Source of the DNA: the human T2T-CHM13v2.0 reference genome, Homo sapiens
NCBI RefSeq assembly: GCF_009914755.1
Contig: NC_060935.1
Direction: 5' to 3' (one strand)
DNA: 64,000 bases
A model generated the notes under the pieces. That model ran no database searches and was not told the DNA's origin. It was given only the letters and a program-made list of their open reading frames with translations. Numbering within the stretch: the first letter of the stretch is position 1; each line of letters opens with the position of its first letter. Positions 30,001 to 50,859 of the stretch are shown piece after piece. Position numbers and translations under genes: made by a program.

Positions 30001-33000
30001 TGCAGAAAGTAAGGTGTGAGAAAATACCAGAATTGGCTATGAACTACAATATTCACTTGTGTTTTCAGCAGGTTTGTTTATATCAGTCTATAACTTCAGC
30101 AATGCCAGAAATCTAGAATCAGCTGGAAGTGGTAATATGAATGAGTCATGTGGAATGTTCATCACAGCTGTCTTCTAGAGACAACTCAAATTCTCTCTGC
30201 ACATGTCCTCTTCCACTGCAAGATTTCTATAAATGGAATCATGCTGTCTACATTTGAGACGTAGTAATTCTGCAGTTTTCCTCAGCAGTGAATAATAAGA
30301 AAGTTTAAGTTTGTATCTCTACTCGACCCATTGTTCTCTGTAATTTAAGTTTGTCCATAACTGTCAGATCTAGAGACTTTCAGGAATAATTTTTTTTTTG
30401 AATGTTTTCTTTTTTTAACTGGGATCCTGTCTGTGTTTCTCTATCCCAAAAAACTTCCTGAGTCACCCCAGGAACCCACAGGAGGTAACACTTTCAGTAT
30501 TTCCTCACTAAAAGGGATCTTTCTGAAGCAGATTTTAAAAGAATACTGGCCTCACTTATCTCATTAATCTTCTTATAGTGTGTGAATACTCATTTATTAA
30601 ATACAGTTTCTCTGTTTTCTGAGTTTAGCCTTCTTTTCATTTTCTGAGGTCTCTCTGATGGTGCTTCCAACTTTTTCACTATTCATCTGGTTGCTTCTCA
30701 TCAAGATAAATTCCATCACAGGTAAAATTACTACTCATATAACTAAATCATTATTTTCTAAGGCGTACAATTTTATTGTGTGCCCCGCAAAGCTTTTCTT
30801 GAATTATAGGTATCTTATCCTTTTTCTCCTGGACTATGTCTATAAATCTTTTCAAGTTGATAAAGATCTGCATGATTTGTTCTGATCCTATGTTCATGGT
30901 GAAGTATTCAGGATCACTAATAATAGCTATCATTTATTGAGCCCTTCTCAGGTACCAGCCATTATTCTAGGCACTTTACTTTGTTTTAATAAAACAACAA
31001 ATCTACGAGGTAAGGACAGGGATCCCCATTTTTAAATTGATGAAAGTAAGGGACAGAGAGCTTTAGTAAATGGCCAAGAATTGTAAATGGCCAAAAATCT
31101 CATAAAAATAGTGAAGCTGAAGTTGTAGCTGAAGCAGTGTGGCTCCAGTGTCCACATCATCCACCACGTGCTACAGTTTCTCTCTAAGGATGTCTTGGAT
31201 CTTACCTAGATAGGTACATACTTGGTGAGAAACTTCCAGTCACTATTTACTCACTGTAGTCATGAAACCCCATGTCCCACTGACTACCATTTTTCATGTA
31301 AGAGTCATGAGATTTGCAATTTTTATTTAATTATAATTTTTTAAAAAATTAAAAAAATTGTCAGCAGAATACCATAAAGGGGAGGTACACTAATATTTCT
31401 GTAGATAGTTGACTAGAAAGGATTCTGAATTTCTCAAATTTAATCTCATTGTTTTCCAGTGAGCAAACTGAGACAGACTTGTAAATGTATTCAGAAAATT
31501 ACTCAAATCCATGTCTTCTTACACTGAACTTGGAATGTGTCCTAGAGTATGCTTCATTTTGGAATCTGCTAACTAAGATTCTATTTTTGAGTACTCTCTG
31601 TATCCAAATAGTGCTGTGAATAAAACCATGTCCCACTGTTCTGTACCTCTTTCTACAGTGTCTATTTTCTCCTCTCTCACTACCTTGCTCAACCCAAGAA
31701 TTCAGAAAAAATACTCGTGGCATATTTGGTTTTTGGTGACAGTCATGAGTTAGTTCACTTGAGTTCAAATTAATTGCTGAAAATTAGAATATTGTACGTA
31801 AGTGTTGTAAAAATTGTGGTATAGGCAAGGATAAATCCCAGCTCCTTATAAGATAGACAGAGAGTCAGACCAAGTAATTCCTATAGGGAACAATGTAATT
31901 AATAATATCACAGCAATTTTTACAGTTCAGAGTCCTGTCTAATGAAAGACGAGTGAAGACTGAACATCCTTCAAGGCATGAAGGAATGAAGTCTCACAGT
32001 AGAAGGCAGTAGAAGTACAGATTGAGATATTTCAGAAGATGTTATTCTTGGTGCTACACAGATCATATCATAAAGATACCACAAATACAAACACAAAGGA
32101 CTAAATCTATGTCAAATTATTTATTTAGAGTTTATTGCCACTACCATAAGGTAAGTTTCCTGAGACCAAGAACCTGTTGCTTATTCATCATAGCTGACTT
32201 CTGTGCCAAGAAATATGTTTTAAATAAGAAGTTATAGGGAGGAGCCAAGATTGCCGAATAGGAACAGCTCTGGTCTACAGCTCCCAGCGTGAGCGACACA
32301 GAAGATGGGTGATTTCTGCATTTCCATCTGAGGTACCGGGTTCATCTCACTAGTGAGTGCCAGACAGTGGGCGCAGGTCAGTGGGTGCGCGCACCGTGCG
32401 GGAGCCGAAGCAGGGCGAGGCATTGCCTCACTTGGGAAGCACAAGGGGTCAGGGAGTTCCCTTTCTGAGTCAAAGAAAGGGGTGATGGACGGCACCTGGA
32501 AAATCGGGTCACTCCCACACGAATACAGCCCTTTTCTGATGGGCCTAAAAATGGCGCACTACGAGATTACATCCCGCACCAGGCTCGGAGGGTCCTACGC
32601 CCAGGGAGTATCACTGATTGCTAGCACAGCAGTCTGAGATCAAACTGCAAGGCGGCAGCGAGGCTGGGGGAGGGGCGCCCGCCATTGCCCAGGCTTGCTT
32701 AGGTAAACAAAGCAGCCTGGAAGCTTGAACTGGGTGGAGTCCACCACAGCTCAAGGAGGCCTGCCTGCCTCTGTAGGCTCCACCTCTGGGGGCAGAGCAC
32801 AGACAAACAAAAAGACAGCAGTAACCTCTGCAGACTTAAATGTCCCTGTCTGACAGCTTTGAAGAGAGCAGTGGTTCTCCCAGAACACAGCTGGAGATCT
32901 GAGAATGGGCAGACTGCCTCCTCAAGTGGGTCCCTGACCCCTGACCCCCGAGCAGCCTAAATGGGAGGCAACCCCCAGCAGGGGCACACTGACACCTCAC

Positions 33001-33133
33001 ACGGCAGGGTGTGACCTGCAGCTGAGGGTCCTGTCTGTTAGAAGGAAAACTAACAAACAGAAAGCACATCCACACCAAAAACCCATCTGTACATCACCAT
33101 CATCAAAGACCAAAAGTAGATAAAACCACAAAG

Positions 33134-34150
33134 ATGGGGAAAAAACAGAACAGAAAAACTGGAAACTCTAAAAAGCAGAGCGCCTCTCCTCCTCCAAAGG
33201 AACGCAGCTCCTCACCAGCAATGGAACAAAGCTGGATGGAGAATGACCTTGACGAGCTGAGAGAAGAAGGCGTCAGATGATCAAATTACTCTGAGCTACG
33301 GGAGGACATTCAAACCAAAGGCAAAGAAGTTGAAAACTTTGAAAAAAAATTAGAAGAATGTATAACTAGAATAACAAATACAGAGAAGTGATTAAAGGAG
33401 CTGATGGAGCTGAAAACCAAGGCTCAAGAACTACGTGAGGAATGCAGAAGCCTCAGGAGCTGATGCGATCAACTGGAAGAAAGGGTATCAGCAATGGAAG
33501 ATGAAATGAATGAAATGAAGCGAGAAGGGAAGTTTAGAGAAAAAAGAATAAAAAGAAATGAGCAAAGCCTCCAAGAAATATGGGACTATGTGAAAAGACC
33601 AAATCTATGTCTGATTGGTGTACCTGAAAGTGATGGGGAGACTGGAACCAAGTTGGAAAACACTCTGCAGGATATTTTCCAGGAGAATTTCCCCAATCTA
33701 GCAAGGCAGGCCAACGTTCAGATTCAGGAAATACAAAGAACGCAACAAAGATACTCCTCAAGAAGAGCAACTCCAAGACACATAATTGTCAGATTCACCA
33801 AAGTTGAAATGAAGGAAAAAATGTTAAGGGCAGCCAGAGAGAAAGGTCGGGTTACCCTCAAAGGGAAGCCTATCAGACTAACAGCGGATCTCTTGGCAGA
33901 AACCCTACAAGCCAGAAGAGAGTGGGGGCCAATATTCAACATTCTTAAAGAAAAGAATTTTCAACCCAGAATTTCATATCCAGCCAAACTAAGCTTCATA
34001 AGTGAAGGAGAAATAAAATACTTTACAGACAAGCAAATGCTCAGAGATTTTGTCACCACCAGGCCTGCCTTACAAGAGCTCCTGAAGGAAGCACTAAACA
34101 TGGAAAGGAACAACTGGTACCAGCCACTGCAAAATCATGCCAAAATGTAA
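33134..34150 (+). pseudogene. L1 ORF1p, disrupted by in-frame stops in the N-terminal third
   Basis: Start ATGGGGAAAAAACAG. TGA codons near 33278, 33389 and 33461. C-terminal 218 aa are open (ORF track 33494-34150). Confidence 0.93.
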
Positions 34151-34213
34151 AGACCATTGAGACTAGGAAGAAACTGCATCAACTAACGAGCAAAATCACC
34201 AGCTAACATCATA

Positions 34214-38037
<3,824 letters not shown>

Positions 38038-38251
38038 ACAATGAGATCACATGGACACAGGAAGGGGAATATCACACTCTGGGGACTGTTGTGGGGTGGG
38101 GGTAGGGGGAAGGGATAGCATTGGGATATATACCTAATGCTAGATGACGAGTTAGTGGGTGCAGTGCACCAGCATGGCACATGTATACATATGTAACTAA
38201 CCTGCACAATGTGCACATGTACTCTAAAATTTAAAGTATAATAAAAAAAAA

Positions 38252-38764
38252 TGCATACAAGAGGAAGACCAAGCAAAGATGTAATGGTGAGTAAAGAAAC
38301 AGTAAGATGTATGATAAAGTACCAATAAGTATGCATTGTAATTTCTTAAATTCCAGTAACAATTTAGAATTAAAATTACAAGTGCTATCAACAGGAGAAG
38401 TGTCAAAAAAAAGAAGAAATTAAAGTGTTCTAAGATTCTGGTCTTGTTCTTGGGAGAATATAACTCATAGCATGCTGAGAATACAAAGTAAGAAACATTC
38501 TTGACTCAATAAATGGAAGCTGCAAGAACTGCACAGCATAGTGACCACAGTTAATAGTAATGTGTTGTATATTTCAAAATTGCTCAGAAGGTAGATTTTA
38601 AATGTTCTCACAAGAAAGAACTGATAAGTATGTGAGGTGATGGATATGTTAGTCTGATTTAATCATTCTACAATGCATACATGTATCATAACATTACATT
38701 GTGCCTCACAAATATATACAATTATTTGTCAAATAAAAATAAAATAACATTAAGAAAAAAAAAA
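38252..38764 (+). other. L1 3'-transduced segment with second poly(A) tail; ends in an old L1MA-type 3' terminus
   Basis: Lies between the L1 A tail and the 3' TSD. AATAAA at 38732 and 38738, then an A tail at 38755-38764. Absent from all three paralogous sites. Confidence 0.9.
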
Positions 38765-39084
38765 GAAGTTATAAAATGTATGGATGGCTGTTGGGACTTT
38801 AACACTTCTTCTGTAGGGAATATTCACTAAAACTTAGAGGTAGAAGCCTTTACCTGTGGCTAAAACTAAAATCTTTGAGGAGAAATAGATTTGTCAAGGG
38901 AAGATGGGCTTTTTGGGTGAGGAACTCAGTAGAGACTTACTAAATATTTATCGTGTGTAAATCACTATTCAGGATACAACAGTGAAGATGTGCAATGGAT
39001 GTAATCATATTCCTGTTCACGATCTCATTACAGGTCCTGTTCTCCTGAGCTCTCACCTCTGATACAAGCCTGATAGAAGAGTAA

Positions 39085-40032
39085 ATGAGACCTAATAACA
39101 ATATTACAGAATTTGTCCTCCTGGGCTTTTCACAGGATCCTGATATGCAAAACACATTATTTGTCATGTTTTTACTCACATACATTGTGACAGTGGTGGG
39201 GAACCTACTCGTTGCGGTGACTATTATTGTCAGCCCTTCCTTGAGCTCCCCAATGTAATTCTTCCTTGCTTGCCTGTCATTAATAGATGCTGTATTATCC
39301 ACCACCATTTCTCCCATATTGATTGTAGACCTACTCTGTGACAAAAAGACTATTTCCTTCCCAGCTTGCATGGGCCAGCTATTTACAGACCACTTGTTTG
39401 GTGGAACTGAGATCTTCCTTCTGGTGGTGATGGCCTATGATCGCTACGTGGCCATCTGTAAGCCACTGCACTATTTAACCATCATGAATCGACAGGTTTC
39501 CATCCTTCTGTTGGTGGTGGCCATGACTGGAGGTTTCCTTCATTCTGTGTTTCAAATTGCTGTTCTGTACAGTCTCCCTTTCTGTGGCCCCAATGTCATT
39601 GACCACTTTTTCTGTGACATGTACCCATTATTGGAACTGGCGTGCACTGACACCTACTCTATAGGCCTCACTGTAGTTTTCAGTGGTGGAGCAATGTGTA
39701 TGGTCATCTTCGCCCTTCTACTAATCTCCTATGGAGTCAGCCTAAACTCCCTTAAAACTTATAGTCAGGAAGGGAGGCGTAAAGCCCTGTCTACCTGCAG
39801 CTCGCACATCACCGTGGTTGTCCTCTTTTTTGTTCCCTGTATTTTCATGTATGTTAGACCTGTCTCAAACTTCCCTATTGATAAATTCGTTACTGTGTTT
39901 TATACAGTTATCACACCCATGCTGAATCCTTTTTTATACACGTTGAGAAATTCAGAGATGATAAATGCTATAAAACACCTGTTGTGTAAGAAGCTAACTA
40001 TAGTTAGAATAAGAGTGTCCCTCCTCATGTAG
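39085..40032 (+). pseudogene. OR4A13P: Olfactory receptor OR4A-subfamily gene with a single nonsense codon (Y58*); frame otherwise intact over 315 codons (type A)
   Basis: [19 protein letters not shown]...SPM*FFLACLS (TAA at 39256-39258), in frame with the 237-aa ORF containing [24 protein letters not shown] and [12 protein letters not shown]. Symbol is from recalled gene order only. Confidence 0.93.
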
Positions 40033-43000
40033 ATAAAGATGTATGTAGACAAGCTCTTCCCAGTGAAATTTTCAGACTTCTAAGGGTAATTCAAGGATCC
40101 CACAATGGAAGACAGGATTTAGGTGCTCCGAGCTCAACTGAGAAATCATCCCATTATGACATCTGTTTGAATTTCAAGATCTCAACCTCTATATCCAGAC
40201 TGAGAGTGGATGGGGGGCTTTGGCTCAGGTCCTATTGTGCATGTTTTAAATTATGGTTTTTCTCTATTACACATTTATTGAGACACAGTATTTCTCCCAA
40301 ATGCCCAGCAGAGAATGGGAAAAGGGAGGAATAGGTCATTAAAATATATGCTCCTGTTCAAAAGCGAAGACTATGGTGGTTTTTCAGTGTAATTTATTTA
40401 AAGACTTTGTGCAATATAGAAGCACCATATTCACAAATATCTTTGAAACTCGCCTTTCTCAGACTTGAGCTGAAACTCTATGTGCAGTTAGATAATACTC
40501 TTAAGAATATTATAATTATGTTTGTGTAGCTTAAAGTACTTATGAGACACACCAGAAATTTTTCATAGTGTCTTAAACTCCACAACTTTGAAATGATTTT
40601 TATTTGGATGGCCTTTCTTACTTTTAGAGTACTTAGCTCTTTGCAGAGACTGGAAAGGGAAGCCATTTTTATCTTTGAAATCAGCAAGTTCTGGCTCTTT
40701 TAGGTTTCTTGTGAATTCTGTCTGACAATGTAACCGTTAATCTCTACTATTTTTTTTAAAAAAATATATGACATAGTGTAAGATACAATGCTATAAGAAA
40801 CAGCTGCAACTTACAATATTTTATTTGGAAATTTTAGCTAAATCCACCTATTCACTTAAGCACATTTTTTATTCTCTACCTTACTAGAAGTGACAGAATT
40901 ACTAAATTTTTTCAGCACTAGTGACTCACTTTTTTCACAGTCTCCAGAACAGTTATGTCTGCCTTTTCAGCCTTTACTTACAATATCCTGGAGGCCCCTA
41001 TTTTGGGGTACTAAAGCCAATTCCATACACTTTGAATTGTTGTTGTGGAAGCACCACACCTTGAGTTGCCTCTTTTTATTCTGGTGATTTCTTCATGTAT
41101 GGTGCAGGGCTCCACAGTTTTGTGATTTCAAACAACCATCATTTTATTTTATCCAAAATTTTGTGAGTCAGGAATTCAGGCCCTTGTTGGCTGGGTATTT
41201 CTTATCTTTTGTGTGGCAAGGACTGAAGTCACTGTTGTATTCAGCTGATAACTGAGTTTTATGTGAGATGTAGGATGACTTAATTCACATTTATAGCCTA
41301 TTGGGAGGGATGACAGTAAGTGATGCACTGGATCCCTCTTCCTATCCTTTTAGATGAAGGACCACAAGATCACTCCAGAGAATAGTAAAGCTTTTTACAT
41401 GGCACTCAGAGATCCCAGTGGTAGAAAGTAGGTGAGTCCAGCCAGTTAAAAGAACTGGCAAAATGTCACTTGCATCATATTCTATTCATCAGTAGTGGTC
41501 ACATAGCACCCCAGATTTGAGGTTTTACAGAAATAGAACATAAACCTTCATGGGGAATTGGCAAAGTCGCTTTGCAGAGCAGCATGCAGAATGATTGTCC
41601 ACATCTCAAAAAGAGCATATTGGAGTTTTATTCATTTTAAGTTGGATCCATAAATCATCTTGTACTAACAACATCTTCACAATATTGGCTTTTCTAATTC
41701 CTGAATAGAGTATGTCTGTTAGGAATTTTAAATGTTTATTTTTGAAGTTTTGTAGTTTTTGTTAGTGAAGGGATCTTCCGCATCTATTTCTTTTTGTATT
41801 TTTGGATTTCATCACAGGTTTTTAATTGTTAAAAATTCCAATAGTCATTGTTGCTGGTACATATAAAAAAACTGAATTTTTTATTTGACAGTTGGGTCCT
41901 GTAAACTTGCTAAGTTTCTTATTCTAACCATAGTTATGTCTGTAGATTCTTTAGGGTTTTCTGAAACACTATCATGTTACCTACAAGAAAGGGTAGCTCA
42001 TTAATTCGAAAGATATAGGAGTGTTTTAGTTTTTCTTTGTACATTTCAGGAAGGTTGTCCTTTCCCTGCATTTTGCCTAATGCATCTTAGCTGTCAACTT
42101 TACTGAAATAATGTATTTCACAATCATACTTTTCTAACCTTTTAAAGTCTAAAGGCTCTGTGGAATGATTATTTGTTTTATAATTTATGATACTGGCAAT
42201 TTGAATTTATCTTTGTTTTCTCTTGAACATTCTTGTTAACAGTTTATCAGTTTCATTATAAAAGGACCAATTTTGGGCCATTTTAATTTTCTCTATTTTA
42301 TGTTTTACATTTTATTGGTTTCTGATCTGAAATTTATGTCCTTTTGTTTACCTACCTTGGCTTTTTTTTACTCTTCTTATTCTAGCTTCTTAAGGTGAAG
42401 GCTCAGATGACTGCTTTTAAATATTTATTTTATATGTAAGCATTTATCACTATACATGTTTCTTTAAGTACTGTTTTGATCACACTTCACACTTTTTGAT
42501 ATGTTTTTGTTATTGTTGAGTTCTAAATATTGGCTTATTTCCATTGTACCTTTTTCCTGGATCCGTCGGTTGACTAAGTATTTACTGACATGTTTCCTAA
42601 TATTTGAAGCATATTCTAGATATATTTATGAGTTATTAATTTATTCATAGCAAATTATTTCAAAACTTAGTGATTCAAACAATATGTACTCATTCTCAAT
42701 TTCTGTAGGTCAGGAAACTAAGGATGGTTTAGTAGGTTTACATGCTTCAAAGTCTCTCACAAAGCTGTAATCAAGGTGCCTTTGGGGCTACCAGCTCATA
42801 TGAAAGCTTGGCTGAGGAAGGATCCACTTGCACACTGGGTGTTGGTATTAGTAGTTATTTGAATTCAGCTGGAAGAAACAGAGAATAAGGTCCTATTTTT
42901 ATATTAGTTTTTCATCTTGGAGTCATAATTTAAGCCACAGAAACTTTGATTATATCTGATAGTTCTTCAGAATTAAAGATATGTTTGTGCATCTTTTAGC

Positions 43001-43393
43001 ACTTACCAGTAAAACAGCACAGTGCTTTTAGGCATATTCTTCAAATTTTAGCAGTCGTACATATTACATTTAGGGTAGATGAATTTAATCCATTTATTAG
43101 GTAAGTTGAAAATGACCAACTTTTAATGGAGCCCGTTACATGATAGAGACCTTAGCTCATTCAGATAGGTATTTATGGGACTCTTTATCTAAGGCTCTTA
43201 TGACATAAAGATCCAATATTTAACTAAATGTATAATGAGAAGAAAGTGTTCCTTGGAGCCAATGGTAAGCCAAGTCACAAAAATAACAACGGAAGCCCTT
43301 AAACACTGCTCCCATGTTGGAAAATCAAAATTTCTTTATTGTAGAAAGTTATTGAATTGATACTGAATACAATTTAAAAAATGAGTTAATGGA

Positions 43394-43605
43394 TGTATTA
43401 GTCCGTTTTCACACTGCTGATAAAGACATACCCAAGACTAGGTAGAAAAAGAGGTTTAATTGGACTTTCAGTTCCACATGGCTGGGGAGGCCTCAGAATA
43501 ATGGTGGGAGGTTAACTGCACTTCTTACACAGTGGTGGCAAGAGAAAAATGAGGAAGATACAATTCTGGTTGAAATTTGGGTGGGGACACAGCCAAACCC
43601 TATCA
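43394..43605 (-). mobile_element. THE1A/B solo LTR (duplicate of 8236-8448)
   Basis: Same internal deletion. Perfect TSD ATGGA at 43389-43393 and 43606-43610. Confidence 0.92.
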
Positions 43606-46600
43606 ATGGACTACAGATCATTATGGTTATATCTTACCTAAATACAGTTCTTGATAATAAGTGTGTACTCTAACCTACAACTTCAGCACTATGATTACCT
43701 ATTTTTCCAAGAATCAGAATATCAACTTCCATTCTTAGGATCTCTGCCTCTGAGCCTCAGGGCTTCTTGGGGACAGACTTTCTAACAGGAAGGGTAAGGC
43801 CTTCCTTACCGGGAATATTTTTAGAGAAGAGAAACTGGTGCTGGTTTTCCTTTCATTCGGGCTGAAATATTACTTGTCTTACCTAAACATTTTGTAACAT
43901 GAAACTCATGTTTTATTATTCAATTTGGTTTAGAATTTTCTTTTTATATTACAGGCTTTTCACATTATTTGGTATTTAGCTACCTTTCCTTAGCAAGAGT
44001 CAAGTCTTTTTCCTCTAGGGATTTTCTAAGAAATAAGTTTACAGAGAGGTTACTTCATTTGAATTTGTTCCAAATATTCTAATTAACTAATCTATAATGA
44101 CCTTACTCTCTCTTGCTAAAAATTGTGATGTGAAACTTATAGACTGTCTACAGACATAAATAGAAGAATTATTTTCCTGATAGAACAACCCAGGAGATTC
44201 AAAAAAGTTATATTTCTGCCCAAGGTAGAGTATGTCTTCAGTTGGTCTCTAGTCCTTTAGGTGTAATGTTTTCTTGTCTTATCCTCCATTGTTTGAAAAA
44301 AATGTGTGAAAGGTCTCAATTTCCTGGGATGAGATTGAGGAGATATAGAGACGTGCTTTTACTAAGGAAAGAAGTGGGCTTAGGGATATGCTAGTTGAAT
44401 GACTGAAAGACTGAAAAGTTTGGCTTCTGCCTGTGAGAAAGCTCTGAGCTCTGTCATTGTTTTTTCCATGGAGTTAAATCTCAGCATTGTCCTCGTTAGG
44501 CACGAAGCTTAATAACTGGACACATGAATGTTATTGTGCAGCTTAATTTCCACTAATTAGGTCAACTTTACCATGTCATGCAGAGATACTCTCTCTGTTT
44601 TTCTATGAAGAAATTTTCCAGCAGTTGAGAATGTTTGATTACATTTGCACAGTAAATCTTCACAGTATGTGAAAACATCTTTATATTTTGGTCTCTGTTT
44701 TGGTGCTAAACTTCTCTAAAAAGAAGTGCTATACTTCTCTAAAGACAGAGATAATGAGAAGCCTGTGTGGAACTATGGAAACTGTAGCTCCTAGGAATGA
44801 ATTTTATATCCATGGATTAGCCACGTATATTCCTGTGTTTTATGAGAACACATAGATGCAGGGGGTGTCTACAATAATCCTTGTTGAAAGAAGCATTGCT
44901 TTTCTGGACCAAGATGTGAGTGTAAGAAATCGTTCACAAGAGATATTTATTGAAATTTCCTGTGATATGTTGAAACATAGCTAGTGTCTTAAAAACCACT
45001 GGTTTTATTAGATAAATTCTAATTGGGAAAATTAAGCTAGCAAACATGAAAATTTATCAGAATATGCAATGTATATTTGGTCTTAATATACAGTCTAATT
45101 AATTGGTTATCTTTTTCCATTTGCTAAATTAGAAGAGAAACATGTCCCATATTACATGTATAATAAATAAACCAGTAGTTGTATAATCTTAGTTTATGAG
45201 ATGTTATATTTTACAGGATATACTGATAAAGGTATACAATTATTTTATACATATTTGGTTAGAGAATTTAAAATTCCAGATCATGTCAAGTGTGTTAGAG
45301 TGCAAAGGAACAAATGCCTTTTATGTTTTAGAAGCATAATATGAATTTTTACTTATGAATCTAAAAATTATACCAATAAACATACTAGTAGATATATATG
45401 CCCAGGAAGGTACCTAGTTTACTGTCATTTAAATAGATTTATAAAATTGTGACTGTGAAATATAATATTATAGAATTTTTTGTTATTATGGAATTTTATC
45501 TTTTGAAAATGGCATGGTCTCAGGAAAGTATATTAATTTTTTCCTAGAAAAATGGCTATTTAGAAGTCTACATTGAAAGCCTAGTAATGCTATCTTTCAG
45601 CATTTAACATATTATATTTTAAAGTATGTAAAATATGAGGGATAGTTTACATACCCAATTTTTTTACAAGTACACAATTAAATTGCCAAATAGAATTATC
45701 CTGTTGAATTCTAATTTTGATAATGAAAGGGGAAAAAGACACTAAACCTTGCAGCAAGTAAGGTGTGAAAAAATAATAGACTTGGCTACAGACTACATTA
45801 TTCCCCTGTGTTCTTCAGTAGGTGTGTCTCTATCAGTCTATAGCTTCAATATGACAGAACTCTGGAATCAGCTGGAAGTGGTAATGTGAAGGAGACATGT
45901 GGAATGTTCAGCAAAGTTGGTGTTTAGAGGAAACTCAAACTCTCTGCACACATCCTCCTCTACTCCCAGATGTGTATAAATGGAATCATCCTATCTACAT
46001 TTGAGGTGTAGTAATGCTACAGTTTTCCTACCAGTGAATTATCAGAAAGTTTGGGTTTGTATCTCTACTTGTCCCATTGTTCTCTGTAATTTAAGTTTGC
46101 TCTTTACCATCAGATCTAGAGACTTTGAGAAATCAATGTGTTTTTTTCTTCCGAGTTTTCTTTTTTCTTTTCTTTCTTTCCTTTTTTTTTGTTGTTTTTT
46201 TTTTGTTTGTTTGTTTTGTTTGTTTTGTTTTGTTTATTAGGATTTGGTCTGTGTTTGTTTGGCTACCCCAAGAAGCCTCCCGAGTCACCCCAGGACCCAC
46301 AGGAGGTTGTGCTTCCAGTATTTCCTCACTAAAATATCTTTATGAAGAAGATTTTGAGGAAATTACTTGCCTTAATTATCACATTAAACTTAATATTTTT
46401 ATTACCTGTGGATATTAGCTTATTTATTATAATTACTTTGTTTTCTGATTTGACTTCTTTTTCTTTATTTTCTACCATATAGTTCTCTCTCTCTGATGAG
46501 GGGTCCAATTTTTCCATTATAATTCTGCCTGATCTTGTCAAGATACATTCCATCTCAGATAAAATCACTACTCATACATAATTAAATAGATAAATCCTAA

Positions 46601-48257
46601 GACATACAATTATATTGTGTTCCCCAAAAGCCTTTCCTGAAATATAGCTGTCTTCTTGCTTTTCCCCTGGACTATGTCTATAAATCTTTTCAAATTGACT
46701 GATATCCAGATGATGAGTTCTGATCCAATGTTCACAGTGAATCATTCAGGAACATGAGTAAGAGCTAACATTTACTGAGCCTTTACGAGGTGCCAGTCAG
46801 TGTTCTAGGCACTTTACTTTTCTGTAATAAAACAACCCTAAGATGTCTTAAATCAAAGTGAGGCATAGAGAGGTTTGGTAAGTGGCCCAAAGTCACATAG
46901 TAAGTGGTGAAGCTGGGATCTTAGCTGAGGCAGAGTGGCTCCAATGTCCACATTATTCACCACATGCTACGCTTTCTAAGAATGCCTTGAATCTTAAATA
47001 GGCACAGATTGAGTGAGAAATTTGTAGTCATTATTTACTCACTGTAACCATGAAACCTCTAGGACTGACTACCATTATTCATGTAATAGTCATCAGCTTG
47101 GAAATTGCTATTTAATTATAAATATATAAAAAATAAAAAAAAATCAGCAGAATAGAATAAGGGAGAGGTGTACTAATAGTTTCACAGGTGGTTGATTGGA
47201 AAGGATTCTCAGTTTATCTAATTTAATCACACTGTTTTCCAGTAAGAAAATTGAGACACATTTTTTAAATGCATTCAGAAAATGACTGAAATTCATGCCA
47301 CCTTACAGTGAACTTGGAACTTCTCTTTGAGTATGTTTTTTTTGGAATCTAGACACTAAGTTTCTATTTTTGAGTACTCTTGGTATCTAGTCTATCTAGT
47401 TCACCCCAAGAATTCAGAAAAAAATACTCACTACTAATGTGGCAGTTGATGATAATCATGAGTTAGTTCACTGAAGTTCAAAATTAGTTACTGAAAATCA
47501 GGATATTGTTGTAAATGTGACAAAAAATTATGAAATAGGCAAGGATATGATCTAGAGACTTACAGCTCCTTAAAAGGTGAAAAGATTGTCAGACGAAGTA
47601 ATTGCTACAGGGAATAATGTGATAAATAATATGTTACTATTTATAAAGGTTAATGTCCAGTCTCTTGACATTTAATGAGATATTCATAAAGACTGAACAT
47701 CCTTTGAGACATGAAGGACCAAATGTCTAATAGTGGAATTCCATAGTACTGAGTGAGATATTTCAGAGGATGTTATTTTTGATGTTACACCGATCATAAA
47801 GTAAAGATACCACAACAACTACAAACTCAAAGTACTGAATCTATGCCAATTTTCTTATTTAGAGTTTATTACCACCACCATAAAGTAGGTTTCTTGAGAC
47901 CAAGAATCTGCTGCCTATTCACCATAGCTATCTGTCATGCCAAGAAACAGGTTTTAAATAGGGAGTTATGAAAGTATGAATGGCTGTTGGGCATTTGACT
48001 CTTCTTCTGTATAGAATATTCACTAAAACTTAGAGACAGAAGCTGTTACCTGTAAGCTCAACCTATAATCTTTGAGGAGATGAGCAACTCAGTAGAGACT
48101 TACTAAATGTTTATTGTGCATAAACCACTGTTGAAGACATACAGATAAAGATGTGCTCTGTGACATCATGGAAGTATTCATGCTCCTGTTTACTGTTTCA
48201 TTACAGGTCCTGCTCTTCTGAGCTCTCAACTCTGATACAAGCCTTAGAGAAGAGTAA

Positions 48258-50859
<2,602 letters not shown>

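Noticed and set aside
31066-31098. Small tandem duplications (also near 55070 and 51105)
   Set aside because: Ordinary slippage events private to one duplicate, with no higher-order pattern.
32611-32685. Intact antisense L1 ORF0
   Set aside because: It starts MAGAPPPASLPPCSLISDCCASNQ but hits TGA (CGA>TGA) after 24 codons.
38940-39371. Antisense ORFs over OR exons (also 2865-3119 and 48089-48304)
   Set aside because: These are shadow frames of OR coding sequence with no independent support.
39319-40032. 237-aa ORF as an intact OR gene
   Set aside because: It begins at a TTG downstream of the nonsense codon and lacks TM1-TM2; it is part of the 39085 pseudogene.
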